This document shows, in pieces, positions 13,605 through 27,795 of a stretch of DNA of 64,000 nucleotides. Position 1 is the first letter of the stretch, and every line of letters begins with the position of its first letter. The position numbers and the translations under genes are program-made. Source of the stretch: Octopus vulgaris (lineage: Eukaryota); NCBI GenBank assembly GCA_951406725.2, contig OX597818.1, forward strand, positions 18,600,001-18,664,000, given 5' to 3'. The notes beneath the pieces are model-generated. The model worked only from the letters and a program-made list of their open reading frames with translations, searched no databases and was not told where the DNA came from.

Positions 13605-14205
13605 GAAGAATTGGCAGATAGAAGTAGGTGTAGATGTATGCACTCAGGCGTTTGTGAGTGGTCGGAAAATGGGCTGTGTACATCAACATGTAAATTGGAG
13701 AAAAATTAAACAAAGATTTACAGGAAAGAGAGATGAAAATAAACGTGTCCCCTCATCACTGTTAATTCAGGGAAACTTTCGCGGTTTCTAAGCTTTAAGT
13801 ATTTCTAGTTGACCCTATTCAATGTTGATAGAAAAATTACAGCGTTCTTTTTATCGTTAGATAACATCTGTTATGAATCTATTGTATTAAAATCACAATT
13901 AATATTGAAGTGAAACGAAAATTGATTCCAGCAGTGACCAGCAAGAACATCAGAAGCAATTCAGCCTTTTAGGGCCATTTTGGGTCTTTAGGACCATAAG
14001 TGAAAAGTTCTCAAAAGTCAAAATTTATCTGGCGTTCTTACTGGCTACGGCTGGGACAAGTCCTCGTCTTCCACCGATATTTATTGTAATTTTATACGCC
14101 ACATCATTAAGAGGATTTATCTCAGGACAAACATCGAAGTAACTGGTCTATCAACACTGCTTATACATTAAGTATGATATATATATACGTGCACGCACGC
14201 ACACA

Positions 14206-14251
<46 letters not shown>

Positions 14252-14434
14252 CACATTATGTCGCCTCTTCAGTGGGATCGGTCTGACTCGGTTGTTCTCT
14301 GACCAATTTTACTTTTGGCATATTTGTTTACACCATAGAAATCTATGGATGATTTGGCGAATCTCTAATGTGTATCCAAATATTTAATATAGGCAGCGGC
14401 ATATTCATACACACACACACACACACACATGTAT

Positions 14435-15204
14435 ATATAAGGTAACCAGAGTTAGCGGTTTGTAGTAACCGACTAATGGATAAAAATATTTGCTATCGGT
14501 ATCCATATTTGCTATCGGTATCAGTTACCTGTGCTATCTCTGGACGCGGGTATGCAGGCACACTATGCTCGTATGCTAAGGTAACAACAGTATAAACAAA
14601 AGTTTGTCAGGAATCAAATTTAAATAATCAGAAAAGAGAAAATATTTGATCAACAAACAAAAACATTGGACCACACCTATAGATTATTTTCTAATACAAA
14701 ATATGACATAACATTTCTTACGGCCGTTTCCACATCCAATGCCTGACGGTGGTTACGAAAGAATTTCGAAGAGAATATTCGTCATTTTCATAGGACATTC
14801 GTTTTAGCACATTGAGCTTCATCAGAGTGAATACAAATGCATAAAATACGAAGAGAAGAGGGAATAGGAAAAACATGGCCTCGAGAAAAAGCCAGAAGGC
14901 TCAATATATTAAAATCATACCATCTTCCAGCGTAGAGCTTTTAAGTCGATAGGCTAAAAGTGTCTTTTGCCTATCGACACTTTTTATTTTACGCATTTGT
15001 ATTCACTCTGATGAAGCTCCAGGTACGCGATCGAATGTCCTATGAAGATGACGAATATTATTTTCGAAATTCATTCGTAAGCACCGACTGGCATAGGAAG
15101 CGGAGACGGCCGTAGGAAATGTGTCATATTTTGTATTAAAAAATAATCTATAGATGTGGTGCAATTTGTTTGTTTGTTTGTTGATCAAAAGGTTTTACCA
15201 TTTT

Positions 15205-15207
<3 letters not shown>
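14435..15207. mobile_element. Inverted pair of a hammerhead-bearing repeat (480-bp minus copy plus 220-bp plus copy)
   Basis: 14635-14848 is the diverged reverse complement of 14985-15207; CTGATGAAG...GAAACGGCCGTA on minus at 14719-14825. Confidence 0.8.
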
Positions 15208-15237
<30 letters not shown>

Positions 15238-16878
15238 TGGCTAAGTCAGAGAAGAAAGGGATGATGCAACTATGAATGTTTTTGTTGCGGCTTTGAGAGT
15301 AGTGATGGAAAGGGAGGTATGATCCATTATGCAAGTGTTATCTCAGAACGGAAACATTATATAAACGCTTGCAATAAAGTGAACTCTATTAAAAGCAACG
15401 AAATTCCATGTGGTGGTCCTAAAGCCGGGGACAGATCAAGACATCTACTGAAAAATAAAAATATGCTTTTAATTCTATAAGCAAATAATCATTTTTTTTA
15501 AGGCTTAATCAACAAGAAGTAATTGCTCTTCCACAGGGACTCCAAAACCGTAGGGAATGCGGAACGAAGTTATTCTGAAACCAGAATACTTGCAACAGAA
15601 TGGAGTCTGGTAGAGGCACGTAAACACTAGGGGTGACGGATTATTTCAAATAACTAAGTAGACCGCAGTGGGATTTTAACTCAGACCTCAAGTAGCCGGA
15701 ACAATTACTACAAGGATCGTCTAATGCTCGAATGATAGCTCACTCTCCTAGATTGATAATTTATTCATCGAATCCAGAAGGGTAAAAAGGTAAGTTGATG
15801 TTGATGAGATTTGAAATTACAACGCATGTGTACCAAAATAAATAGTATTAGGTCTGTCCAAATGCCTAACATGCTGTTTTACTTGTCACAATATCACAGT
15901 ATTATCGACATTGAAATGTATACCTTAAGCTAGAAAAGAAAAACGTATATGCATAGATATAAATACATATCTATATATACTTATATATTTACAGACATCG
16001 ACATACAAACACACGCACATACGCACTCAGAGAGGCAAATGTATAATATATAAGTAGGGAAGATAATCAGTTACTATAGCTGAACTAATTTGCAAATATA
16101 TTTAAACATACATAGAGGAAAATTTTCCAAAATATTATAATTAACCCCCTCACCACCACCGCAAACTAGTTATTTTATCAGAAAAATATTTTGATCTCCT
16201 GCAGAAATATGAAAATTAGGACTTAATCTACATGTAGGACACTTATGTTTTATTCATGACTTAACGTATTTTTCTCTTTTACAACATTTGAGATTAATAT
16301 GTATTTTCTACTCTAGCAGGGAATAAATGGCTTTTATAAATTTACATTAAAAAACATTATTACAGGTTAATGCTAATTTTTCAGTCATGTAGTAAAAATG
16401 GTATCTACATTTTTCAGAGAGACAAAGTGTGACAAGGCATGTACTTTGACTATAATGATTATTGATAGTTCATGTAATTATCGTCATGACTATCCCCAAC
16501 ACCCACTTCATATTCGGATGCCTGGAAACTGGAAATATTTTACATAAAGTGCTTGAATCATATTGAATTTATGCACAGTTCTGCATTTTCAAACATTGTG
16601 CTTTTTTTTTCAGTTCAAATATGAATATAAAAATATTGGAATTAAAATAGGAATAATTTCTGTCGGAATTCAGCACCCTAACTAAGAATGCTTATAGCAG
16701 AATGTATGTGTGTCTTTCTTTCCCATGTTTCTCTCTGGAAGAGACCTTGAGGCAGAATACTTTACATAAAGGGCTTTCTAAACGAGTGATGATACGTGGG
16801 ATTTCTATCTGTAGTTTCAAGACATGCACAGCTCCTGATGCATACGTAAACACACAAATAAACACATACACACACACA

Positions 16879-16916
<38 letters not shown>

Positions 16917-16969
16917 CTCTCTATCTCTCTCTCACAGACACACACACTCTCTCTCTCTCTCACACACAC

Positions 16970-17004
<35 letters not shown>

Positions 17005-17014
17005 TGTATGTATA

Positions 17015-17230
17015 TAGTGAGAATTCACGAAAAGTAAAAACAAAAGACGAAGACATGTGGTGTAGACAACAAACAGATGTATTAGTATAACGTTCGGGAA
17101 GTGAAAAAGTCTTTAACGTTTCAAGCCTACGCTCTTCCACAGAAAGGAACACAGAAAGAAGCAAGGAGAGAAAATAAAGAATGTGTAGTGGCTAGCGATC
17201 TATCATGGTGAAGGCCGGACAAAAGGGTTG
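17015..17230 (-). mobile_element. Short Penelope-pLTR/retrozyme-like insert with minimal hammerhead motif (17111-17146)
   Basis: Minus strand cttt-CTGTGGA-A-gagc-gtag-gctt-GAAA-cg-TT-aaag; homologous to 42795-42980; sits in (TATG)n. Confidence 0.7.
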
Positions 17231-17327
17231 CATGTATGTATGTATGTATGTATGTATGTATGTATGTATGTATGTATGTATGTATGTATGTATGTATGTA
17301 TGTATGTATGTATGTATGTATGTATGT

Positions 17328-17488
17328 GCACTCCACACATGATAATCAAAGGGGTTGCAGTCTGGGGAGTTAGGTGGCCAGATGTTAGGGGTGATGTATT
17401 TGCAGAAATTGCCGTGACTAGGTTCTCCTGCATGTATGATATGGTGCAGAGTCCTGTTGCCAGACATAAGGTCTATCACCAGCGACCC
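17328..17488 (-). pseudogene. Tc1/mariner-superfamily (maT-like) transposase fragment
   Basis: ITPNIWPPNSPDCNPFDYHVW motif. Confidence 0.75.
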
Positions 17489-17492
17489 AATT

Positions 17493-17545
17493 TTTAATAC
17501 TGACACATCAGTTTCGGCAATTTCCGTTTCCTCATCAGTTAAGAC
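17493..17545 (-). ncRNA. Type I hammerhead ribozyme motif (inverted partner of 17796-17848)
   Basis: Minus strand tcttaa-CTGATGA-ggaaacggaaattgcc-GAAA-ctgatgtgtca-GTA-ttaaaa. Confidence 0.8.
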
Positions 17546-17795
17546 AGCTCGGCTTCGGCTCAGCATTAGTATCTGTTTTCGTTATCCAAATATTTAGATG
17601 ATTTAGCGGTTTGCTATTTCTAGCAATGTAGTTGTTTCCTAACACCCTAGATACATTTACTGACATTTGTAATTCCCTGTTTATATTAATTTTATATGTA
17701 CACATGATCAATTCAATAAATCATCTTATTGTTTGGATGACAAAAATATAAATACTAATGGCGAAGCGAGTCTGGAAAGAGCCGAAGCCGAGGTG

Positions 17796-17848
17796 TCTTA
17801 ACTGATGAGGCAACAGAAACTGCCGAAACTGACGCGTCCGTATTAAGA
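17796..17848 (+). ncRNA. Canonical type I hammerhead ribozyme motif
   Basis: Stem I tcttaa/ttaaga; CTGATGA 17802-08; stem II ggca/tgcc; GAAA 17825-28; stem III with palindrome gacgcgtc; GUA 17840-42. Confidence 0.88.
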
Positions 17849-17997
17849 ATTCTCGATCGGCACTTTTTGGACGATTACGGTCTCTGTTAATGCATATATT
17901 TTCCTTCTTGTGCGTTAACTACAGCATTAGAGCGATTTAGCTCTTATGTCTAACAATGTAGGTGTTTCCTAAAACTCTAGTCATATTTAGTGACATT

Positions 17998-18065
<68 letters not shown>

Positions 18066-19051
18066 AGGAGAGGGAGAGAGAGGGAGAGAGAGACGCCTTT
18101 CCATGAGGTATTGTTACCCTTAGAAATATTGTGCATGAATGGAAGTGAAATTTTGTGGTAGACCCAATATGGCTGCACCCACTCAACAGTTAATATAACG
18201 ACTAGTTTAGTAATATGAACAATTCAATTTTAAGTATAATATGCATTAAGTAAGACTTGGTAAACTGTAGTAGGGCCCTGAATTTGTAACTATAATTGTA
18301 TGTAGCAAGTGATTCAACTTGTAATCGTTTAGCTATTTTGGGGTTTCGTACTCTTGCCCTCTCGTATGTCTAATAGGAAGCATGTACTCAGGAACGTGTA
18401 GACATTCACTCGTTCGTCTAGTATAACTACCACTTGAAAATATGCTGACTATTCAAGATGTTAGACTTAGCATTATAATTCGAAGGTAAATGCACTAACA
18501 ACCACCTCCTCTAACAGTGGTCTCCCCTTAACTGTCAGTAAGTTACTTGCCGGATGGTTACTATTATTTATTACATTTTATGTTGATATGGTGTAGAAGG
18601 ACATAAGCGGCCTCGTGTCACTTATGGTATAATCTTCTCCTCCTCACCTTTTGTTTACTGGTTTATTTATTTCTTTATTTACGTCTACTTTTGTAACGGT
18701 CTTAGCTTGCTCTTGGTTTGAAATATAACTGACCAGTTGTAGAGATGGCTGGACTTTGGTCAATTCCATTACGGACAACAGGTTGTCGGTCTCTAGAATA
18801 TTTCAGCAAGTACACTATTATAAATACTTTACGGGTATGTTTTTGGATAAATATTAATTAGCTTTATTTACGAAACCACATGTAGTATCCTTTTTCTAGA
18901 CTTATTGGCGATTCCTGTTTTACTTAAGCACTAGTTTTATTTTACTATCATTTATACACCCTGTACACCTATAAAAAGAGATAAATCTACCAATTATTTT
19001 TCTAGTTTATTTGCTAGTTTACTCTTTTGCCCGTCGCTTTACACAGCAAAA

Positions 19052-19532
19052 TTTGATTCTAATTTATTGAGCCTTGAGCCTTCTTTCTTCATCTCGAGGC
19101 CCTGTTCTTTCCTCTTGCCTCTTCAATTCTATTATTTTATGTATTTGTATTCACTCTGATGAAGTTCCATGTACTAGATCGGATGTGCTATAAAGATGAG
19201 GAATATTATTTTCGGAATTTTCTTTCGGGGCACCGACTGAAATTGATAGACAAAATGGCCATAAGCAATGTTAAGTTTTTTTATTAAAAAAATAATCAAC
19301 CGATGTTGGGCAATTTGTTTGTTTGTTGATCAAAATTTTCTCCGTTTCCTGCGTATTTTAAATTTGATTCCTGATAAACACTTGTTTATTTCGTTATTAC
19401 CCGTTGACTATGAGCATAGTGTGCTTGCATACCTATGGTTAGGGTTAACATAGGTAATTGATACTGGTAATAAGAACGGATATTCTTATCCCTTAGACGG
19501 TTATTCCAACTGCTAACTCTACTTACTTTTAT
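19052..19532 (+). mobile_element. Third copy of the 480-bp hammerhead-bearing repeat
   Basis: Diverged reverse complement of 14435-14917; ctctgatgaag at 19154-19164. Confidence 0.8.
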
Positions 19533-19833
19533 ATATAATCCTGTTGATCTCCATCTTCCATGCTGGCATGGGTTGGACGGTGTGACATGATTCGACGATT
19601 GCTTTAGCAGAGTTTCTATGGCTGGATGTCTTTCACTATTTTCCCTTTCTCACTTTTTTTTGTGCTATTTTTCATTGCTTTTTTCTGCTAAAGGAGTAAC
19701 GTCCGAATCGCTGAGAAGCTTTCTCTTTCATCCTTTGAATTGTTAATTTAATAAAATATTTATCAAACTTTGTTCCTACTGCGATGTTCTTTTGTAATAT
19801 GTGTGCAAATATGTATATAGGTATATATATATA

Positions 19834-21076
19834 TCAGGTCATTAAGGATGAAATGTCCGATTCTGAACTGAAAGTTTATTTTATTTTATCTCAACAAAAA
19901 GCAGTTAATCAAAATATGCACCTAAATTATCAACACCATTTTGCCATTTTATCGGTAGTTTATTTACACCGGTGGCGGAAAATTCTGGAGTGCTAGAGGT
20001 GATGAAATCACTTAAGTCTCTTTTTGCATCGTCTTCAGATTTGAATTGTCTCCTTGCAAAAAGTTGTCTAATGCCTGGGAAACGTGACAGTCAGTTGGTG
20101 CAAGGTCTGGCGAATATGGTGGATGACAGAGTACTTCCAAGTTCAGTTCCTGTAACTTAAGTAGCGTTATTTGTGCAACATGTGGTCGAGCAATGTCTTG
20201 CAAGAGAATTGGCTTGTCTCTATTGACCAATCTCGGTTATTTAATTGCAAGTTCACTCATCATTTCATCCAATTGGTTGATGTATACATCCGTTGTTATC
20301 GACTTAACAGGTATATGAAGCAGTAGTGGATGACAACAGCGCTGGACCAATAAACAGACACCATTACAATTTTTGGTGAATATTTTTTGGGGATTGTGTT
20401 TTGGCACTTCGTTTCTATCCATCCACCGTACAGAACGCTTGCTATTGTTGAAAAGAATCCATTATTCATCATACGTAACAATACGATGCAAAAATAGTTC
20501 GCTTTTTATGCCGTGACAGCAAGTTTCAAGATGACGTGTCGTTTGATGCTCGTTCAGTTCGTATGGTACCCACTTATCCAGCTTCTTTAACTCGCTGATT
20601 TGTTTCAGATGGTCCAATACAGTTGGAATCGAAACATCAAACGTTGCTGCTAACTCGCGCGTAGGTGGAGATGTAACCGCTTCCACTACAGTTTCCAACT
20701 CATCATTATCCACGTTTGTCTCAGGTCTATTACGTGGCTGATTTTTCAAGATTAAAGTCACCAGACCAAACTTCTCAAACAATCGATGTATAGTGCGCTC
20801 ATTCACCACATCTTCACCAAACACCTCGAGCTGTCTGGGATGCATTGGTTCCACGACGGAACTTATATTAATAAACAGCACGAATTTTTTATCTACCCAT
20901 GGGTTCATAAAAATTGATTTACAAAACATAACTCATAATATAATCAGACACCATGAAATGCATTTCGAAAAGTGATGATGTAACTCTTCAAAGAATTGTC
21001 AGGATTAAACATTAGAGTTAACGATTGTCAAATTTGGTACACAAGAAAATCGAACATTTCGTTATTAATCACCTGA
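19834..21076 (-). mobile_element. Full-length decayed mariner (DD34D) transposon
   Basis: About 29-bp imperfect TIRs (tcaggtcattaaggatgaaatgtccgatt / aatcgaacatttcgttattaatcacctga), TA on both sides; frameshifted transposase with WVPYEL, IVTYDE, LQDIARPH, HPPYSPDLAPTD. Confidence 0.95.
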
Positions 21077-22449
21077 TAACATATGTATGTACATATTTGT
21101 TTGTACTTGCGGTTATATATACTTAGGTATATGCAAACGCATACAATATATAATCATTCCCGCAGATGTGAACGCTGATATATGTATATGTGTATGTGTA
21201 TATATGCATGTATGCATGCAGGTATGTATGTATGTATGTATGTATGTATGTATGTATGTATGTATGTATGTATGTATGTATGTATGTATGTATGTATGTA
21301 TGTGTATGTGGCGTGTCTGTGTGTGTGTGTGTACGTAAAATTTGCACACTCAGCTTCAGCCAGTCACCTGTGTTCTTCACCGTAAGATGACTTTCCCGTT
21401 AATGCCATAAACACGTTTTGCCCTGTAGATTACATTGCATCCAATTAAAAAAGAAAGAAAAGAACATCGTATTGTGTTTACTATGCTTTCAAGGCCATGT
21501 ACTCGCGCAAACATCTAGTCATTCTATCCCAGAATGTCGTTCCTATTGAAGTTCTTCTCAAGAAGTATTTTCTTCTGCTGTCGCCTTTATTAACACTCTG
21601 GGCGTGGAGGTCCCATTATCGTGTATAAGTTCATTCTGCAGAATGAACCAATTAACAAAATAATTCAACAGTTCTCATTTACTTCGTTTTATCAATATTT
21701 CATCATGCCTTTCTTTCTGCTTTACAATTGTTTCGTTTGCATTATTCAAAACCATTGTTCGCTAGAAGAAAAATAACTTGTAGATAACAAATATCAAGAA
21801 TTTTGCAAAATTCAAGCTGTAGATAATGATATTTGTTTTAGTAAAAGTCTGCGAACGTCTTTGAGAGCAAAGCTTTTCACTAGAAGCGGTGTCCCTTTTT
21901 ATGGCTGTTGGCGCTGATGCTCCTGTTGGCGGTAGTGACGGTGGTGTTTTTGCTTGTTATGTAGCCCTAGCGCACTTGTGCCCGAGCACAACACGCTTAG
22001 AATTTTAAGCAGGACAATTCCATCTATTTTATATATCTGGGATTTCCTTATCTAATGTCAGGATTGTACTTGTCTAGCAAGTGACATGATGTGAAAGCGT
22101 GTGTTGAAGCTGAAATAGCTGTATTGTGAAAGGAATATTGTGAAACAAAGCATTTAAATTTATTTTAAATTTAAAAATTTGCCGTAAAGTTGTAGTGGAA
22201 CAGTGTCAGTAACCAGATCGCAGTCGTGCAGCAAGTTTTGCACATCTTGAAATAAATATAAATTTAAAGTGAATTTAAGACGTATGTGATTTTGGATTGT
22301 TTTTCCACGTTATAATTTGACCTTTATTTAAGAAAGTAGAGTAAGATTTAAAAGAGATTTAGCTACTTTTCCTAACAGCATGAGGAACAACGCAAAGGCC
22401 CTGTTGGTGGTTCTCGTCTGTATTCATAGTTAGTGGAAATTTGTGAAAC

Positions 22450-22990
22450 AGAAAGTATTTTATTCAATTGATTTACTTCAAGCTTGCTGATCTTGCAATC
22501 AATTCAATTCTCGCTTGTTTATCGTTGAGATAGAACACATATATCCATAGGCCTAGTTTTCCACTGTGGTTTAATTTCAATGTCAGCTTCAAAGGTACCG
22601 ATGTGCTGTTGTTTTTCAGAGATTCCATTTATTTGGATCAATATCTCAGCAAAAACTTCGTGATTATTTGCTGTTTTAAAACATTTTTGTATAGTAAATG
22701 CATATTTTCTCTCTATGAAGGATGCATTCGAGTTTGATGGTTTCCAGAAGTGTTTGAGAAATGTATCAATATATCGCAAAGTATTTTAACAGATTCATTG
22801 TGCTGATTGTACTTCATTTATTTCAAATTGCATTGCTTCAATCTTGGTTTGATGTTAATTGTTTTCTGATATAAAGTGTGACGTCACTTTCGAGCTGATT
22901 ACTTATGCCAAAGGAAATACTTGAGATCATTATTATAGTAAAGCTTCAGCCAGTGAGTCTTCCTTGCACCTTATTTATTGATCAATGGAG
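22450..22990 (-). pseudogene. Possible decayed LINE reverse transcriptase fragment
   Basis: Frameshifted ESVKYF..YIDTFL..WKP resembling the VKYLGxxIDxxLxWKxH region. Confidence 0.3.
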
Positions 22991-24304
22991 AACTAAAATA
23001 TTGATTTCTTACATCAATAGAAAGCTAAACATTACGAAAGACTAGTAATAGTTTACTTTTGTTTAGTCTCAGGACAGCTCTGATCGAGTAGGCGTATGTT
23101 TGGAGGAGTTCCAGCCAAGTCTATCCTTTCTAGTCAAATATCTTAGATTTCATTATCAAACATGTTCTTCCTTGATTTTTGAAGAAACTAGTATGTGAAT
23201 TAAGGATCAATCAGCTGACATCACTAATAAGTTTGGAAACTGTACGGACTCTATTTGGTTTGGGGATGATCATGTAAATTAAAACCGACTCCTTTATATT
23301 AAACCGGTACATGTTTTGCCTATCCGAGTGGAGTAACGTTGGGGTACAAAGGCTGTTTTTAACTTTAAAAGAAAAGCGTTGGGGGTACTACTGCTCGCAT
23401 TCAGTTCTGACTATTTTCTACATAGGATACGAAACATAAATATACGTAAAGGAAGAAATTACGCCAGTTAACACAAAATCTCCATTATAAATCATGTTTT
23501 CATTATTTTGAGCTCCGAAGGAATTGCAAAAGCTGTTGAGTTAAAAAATTTAAAGAAACGAAAGTAAATTTCATTCACTACTTTACACTGCACTTCTTTT
23601 TTATACAAGATAAAGAAGACAAGGCCCATGACCTATAAAGGTAGTCCTTGACTGGTGAGATTGGTATACTGTGCCATCTTTTCGTTAGTTGCTTTAGGTA
23701 TTTTCGTAGTCGCGATCAGAATAAGCTCCCTCTTAATTCCTTTACATTAGATTCAGTATAACATCCTAGATATACCAGCTCCAGGATAAGAGGGCTGCTA
23801 CTCATTATAACTTAGTAAACTGGAGCAAGATGAATGTAAATAACTTCTTCAAGTACACAACACATCGCCCGGTTCCATGAATCGAACCCCACGACGTTAT
23901 GATCATGACCCGAACACCTTGATTATTTGGCGTTACGTCTTCATAGTAGCATGCATATTCCCTGCTTTAACTGAACATATGTTTTTAGCAGACCATATTT
24001 TCTTTTAACAGACTACACCTTCCCTTTGAAAGACCATACACCACAACTTCCACAGATCATATACCTAATCAACAGATTTTATAACCATTCTTAGCATATC
24101 ATATAGACACTGGGACACATTATTGTACTCTTTTTAACAGACTATTTATCTTTTTCGTATCTCGCCTTTTCTACACATATCCTATATTACCACTTTAGCA
24201 GTTTCTATTCCTCCTTTTCAATGGTTTGTATTATGCCATTTTAACGGATTGTATTTCTTTCACTTTATCACCTTCAATCGAGGTAGCAAATGAACATTAT
24301 ACCA

Positions 24305-24830
24305 TCTGTGTTGCCAGGTTGCAAAATTAGATTAAATTATATTGCAAAAAAGGCCGAAGACATTTTAGGTACCGATTAATTTTAAATTAATTGCCACCAA
24401 TCAATATTAAATTCACCAATTCGTCAAAAAGCGCCAATTAATTTTAGATTCATTCTTATTTTCAGTTTAAGATCAGGATATTATTAAAAGAGATTAATTT
24501 ATTTTACAATTAAATGTTAAAATACAAGGAAAGAATGCAATTGGGAAAATATGTGCAGCCTCTGCAACAACTTGTTTCGTTTAGGATTCATGCTTGCCAT
24601 GTTATCAATTACTTTATTATATTCCACTTCAGTAGCCAAATGTTTTTAATGGAAAAACCGAGACCACTTATCAGACAATCCATTTCTGAATAACGGTATG
24701 ACTTACTGTACTTCAACCAGTTTTATTCGAGAATAGTTCCGCAACTTCACTTGCTATGTGTTACAATGTGGACAGAATAGAATAAATGAAACACGTCATT
24801 GGTGATAATAAATATAAAAACTACACTGAT
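24305..24830 (-). mobile_element. Decayed hAT transposon 3' end (dimerisation domain plus terminus)
   Basis: Minus-strand YSRIKLV...KHLATEVEYNKVIDNMASMNPKR; terminus-like ctgtgttgccagg near 24306. Confidence 0.4.
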
Positions 24831-25384
24831 GGTCAGTTGTTCAACACATGAATTTGTACTGCCACTGGTGCTAAGTATGCCAATTATTCTTGTGCCCAGA
24901 AAGCAACGGATGTCTTGAACGATTTCAATTTGACTGCAGATGAAGTATGTCTGCAGGTCTGATAAAATGTTCCAGTTTGTTCATACTATCTGCATAACGT
25001 TTTAAATATATAGTATCTAAATATAATACTACATTAAGGAGCTATATTTTAAAAATACTCACAAATTTTAACTGCAGTAGTTATCTAAGGTTACTAAGTA
25101 GAATTCAAGAGTGAATTTCTACGGGCATAAAATAGTTTCCTTATGAAGTTCAAATAATTTTATCACCAATTTCATCATGGAATCGTTTTTTTATTTTTAT
25201 TTTCTCTTCTGCTTGCATTACGTATTAATTCCATATTTTCGAACCAACACAATTATTTAATTCTGCTTGTTTAAGTTGATATTCATACTTATTTCGCATT
25301 GTAGTTTATAATCTTGCTTTCAGAACGCAGATTTGGATCAAGAGATTTATTAGGCTTAAATTACGTTTCTGTAAATATAGGGCA

Positions 25385-25615
25385 AGGACACCCTCCGGTC
25401 ATAAATGATCATGGGATTGCGCCTAGAAAGTTACCCTTCGAAGCACAAGTCCGAGCAAGGTTGTTTTTTATAAGACCAGCAGTTGCCCATGCATACCAGC
25501 CTCCCCTCTCCACGCCACCGATGTTATCTAAGGGAAAGGTAAAGGCCGATACAGCATGATATCAGTAACGTCGTAACTCATTTCTACTGATGATTGAACT
25601 GGAGCAAAGTGAAAA
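25385..25615 (-). mobile_element. SINE family C, partial
   Basis: Homologous to 5665-5885. Confidence 0.8.
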
Positions 25616-25889
25616 TTAAATTGAAATCCTTTTGTAGCTCTTTATTGAGTGTTTTTAGAAGTTTTTAGAAGTACAGTTCTTTTTCATTATCTCACCATAA
25701 ATAATCCTTTATATGTATACTACAAGTACTTGTGAATTCTGCAAGACTGCCTTTATTCCTCACTAACTTACTAGAACTCTTCGGCAAAAAAGCATTATTA
25801 ATTTGTGACTAATAATGTTCACTCCTGCCACAAAATTATTCTCCGTTAGTTCTTTAATGTTTTCTATACTAAATATGTTATTACTAATA

Positions 25890-26104
25890 TGGTTTCAATT
25901 TTTGGCACCAGGCCAGGATGTTCGGGGGAAGGTTTAAGGCGATTACATTGATCCCAGTACTCTATTGGTACTTAATTTATCGACTCCGAACGGATGAAAA
26001 CCAAAGTCGACTTCGGCGGAATTTGAACTCAGAACGCAAAAACAGACAAAATGCCGCTAAGCATTTTGCCCGGCGTGCTAACGATTCTGCCAGCTCGCTA
26101 CCTT
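25890..26104 (-). mobile_element. SINE family A
   Basis: aaagtcgacttcggcggaatttgaactcagaacg...ttctgccagctcgctacctt. Confidence 0.88.
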
Positions 26105-27279
26105 AATGTTATATAATATAACTCTGTTTTCATAAGAATGATACCTCTGTGTACGTTATTATACAAACAACGGTATATAAATTGTATGACCCTGAGATCC
26201 AGTGAATTCTTTACTATGCGGAAGTTGATGAGAAACAACTAATGTTTGGAACCGCGATACTTTTGTTAGACATACATATTTTCCAGAAGTTTTATAACAT
26301 TCAAAGAAACAAGTATATTCTTTCATTCAGTTATTTAGCTTAAATTCTACATGAAGGGTTGCATGATTTTCTTCAGTCCTTATATGACAATTCAATTCTA
26401 CTAAATGATTGGTTCTGAATATCAGGAATATATAAAACATTCTAAATGCTTCTGACTGCTCTGAAGCTAATCTGATTTGACAGTGTTGTAATCAGTTGTC
26501 AGACCTGTATACTCTCCCTCTCCTGTCTCCCTCTCCATTTCTCCCTTGTTACCGCTTATCAGACGACGAAGTGCAGCACTCAAAACATTTCCAAGCAAAA
26601 GAGACTAGTAAGAGAATGGATAAACAAACAAGACTCGATGGTTCCCTTCAGTTTGGATACGTAATCTGAGTGTTTACATTAGAGTGGACATCGCTAGAAT
26701 TATCTAAACGGTCAGGTAATGTCAAACAGAGCAACGGATTGGGTCAAACACACAGTGATATGTACAGTTTATTTGCTTTTTCTCCTCAGTTTTCATCTGT
26801 CAAATTTTTCTTTATAATATTTAGGTTGACGCAAACTTGTGTTAAAAATATTCGCCCAAGATGCCACGCTGTGGAATTCCACCCTGAACTGCGTGATTGC
26901 AGTACAAAATTGCTAACCATCAAGTTTCAGAGTTATGTCGCGGAAAATTATTTTAGTGCACAGTTAGAAATGTAATTTTACGTTGTAAAAGAAGAAATAA
27001 TGAAGATGTTGAAAGACGATGTGAAGATCTGTTTGTTTTTATACTGAACATGAGAACAAGAAAAAAAGTAGTACGAAATAAATGTGAGAGAATGTTTGCA
27101 TTGTCTGACATTTTTGGTCGACATCCGTTCAGCCGTTTTCGTTGATGTGAACTGGTCTGGAGCAATCTTTTATTATTAACTTCATACGTAAATACCCACA
27201 TATAGACGCATATATACGTAGATAAGAAGAGCAAAAAATATATTTGTATAAACAACTACGGACATAAAAACATACAAAG

Positions 27280-27795
<516 letters not shown>

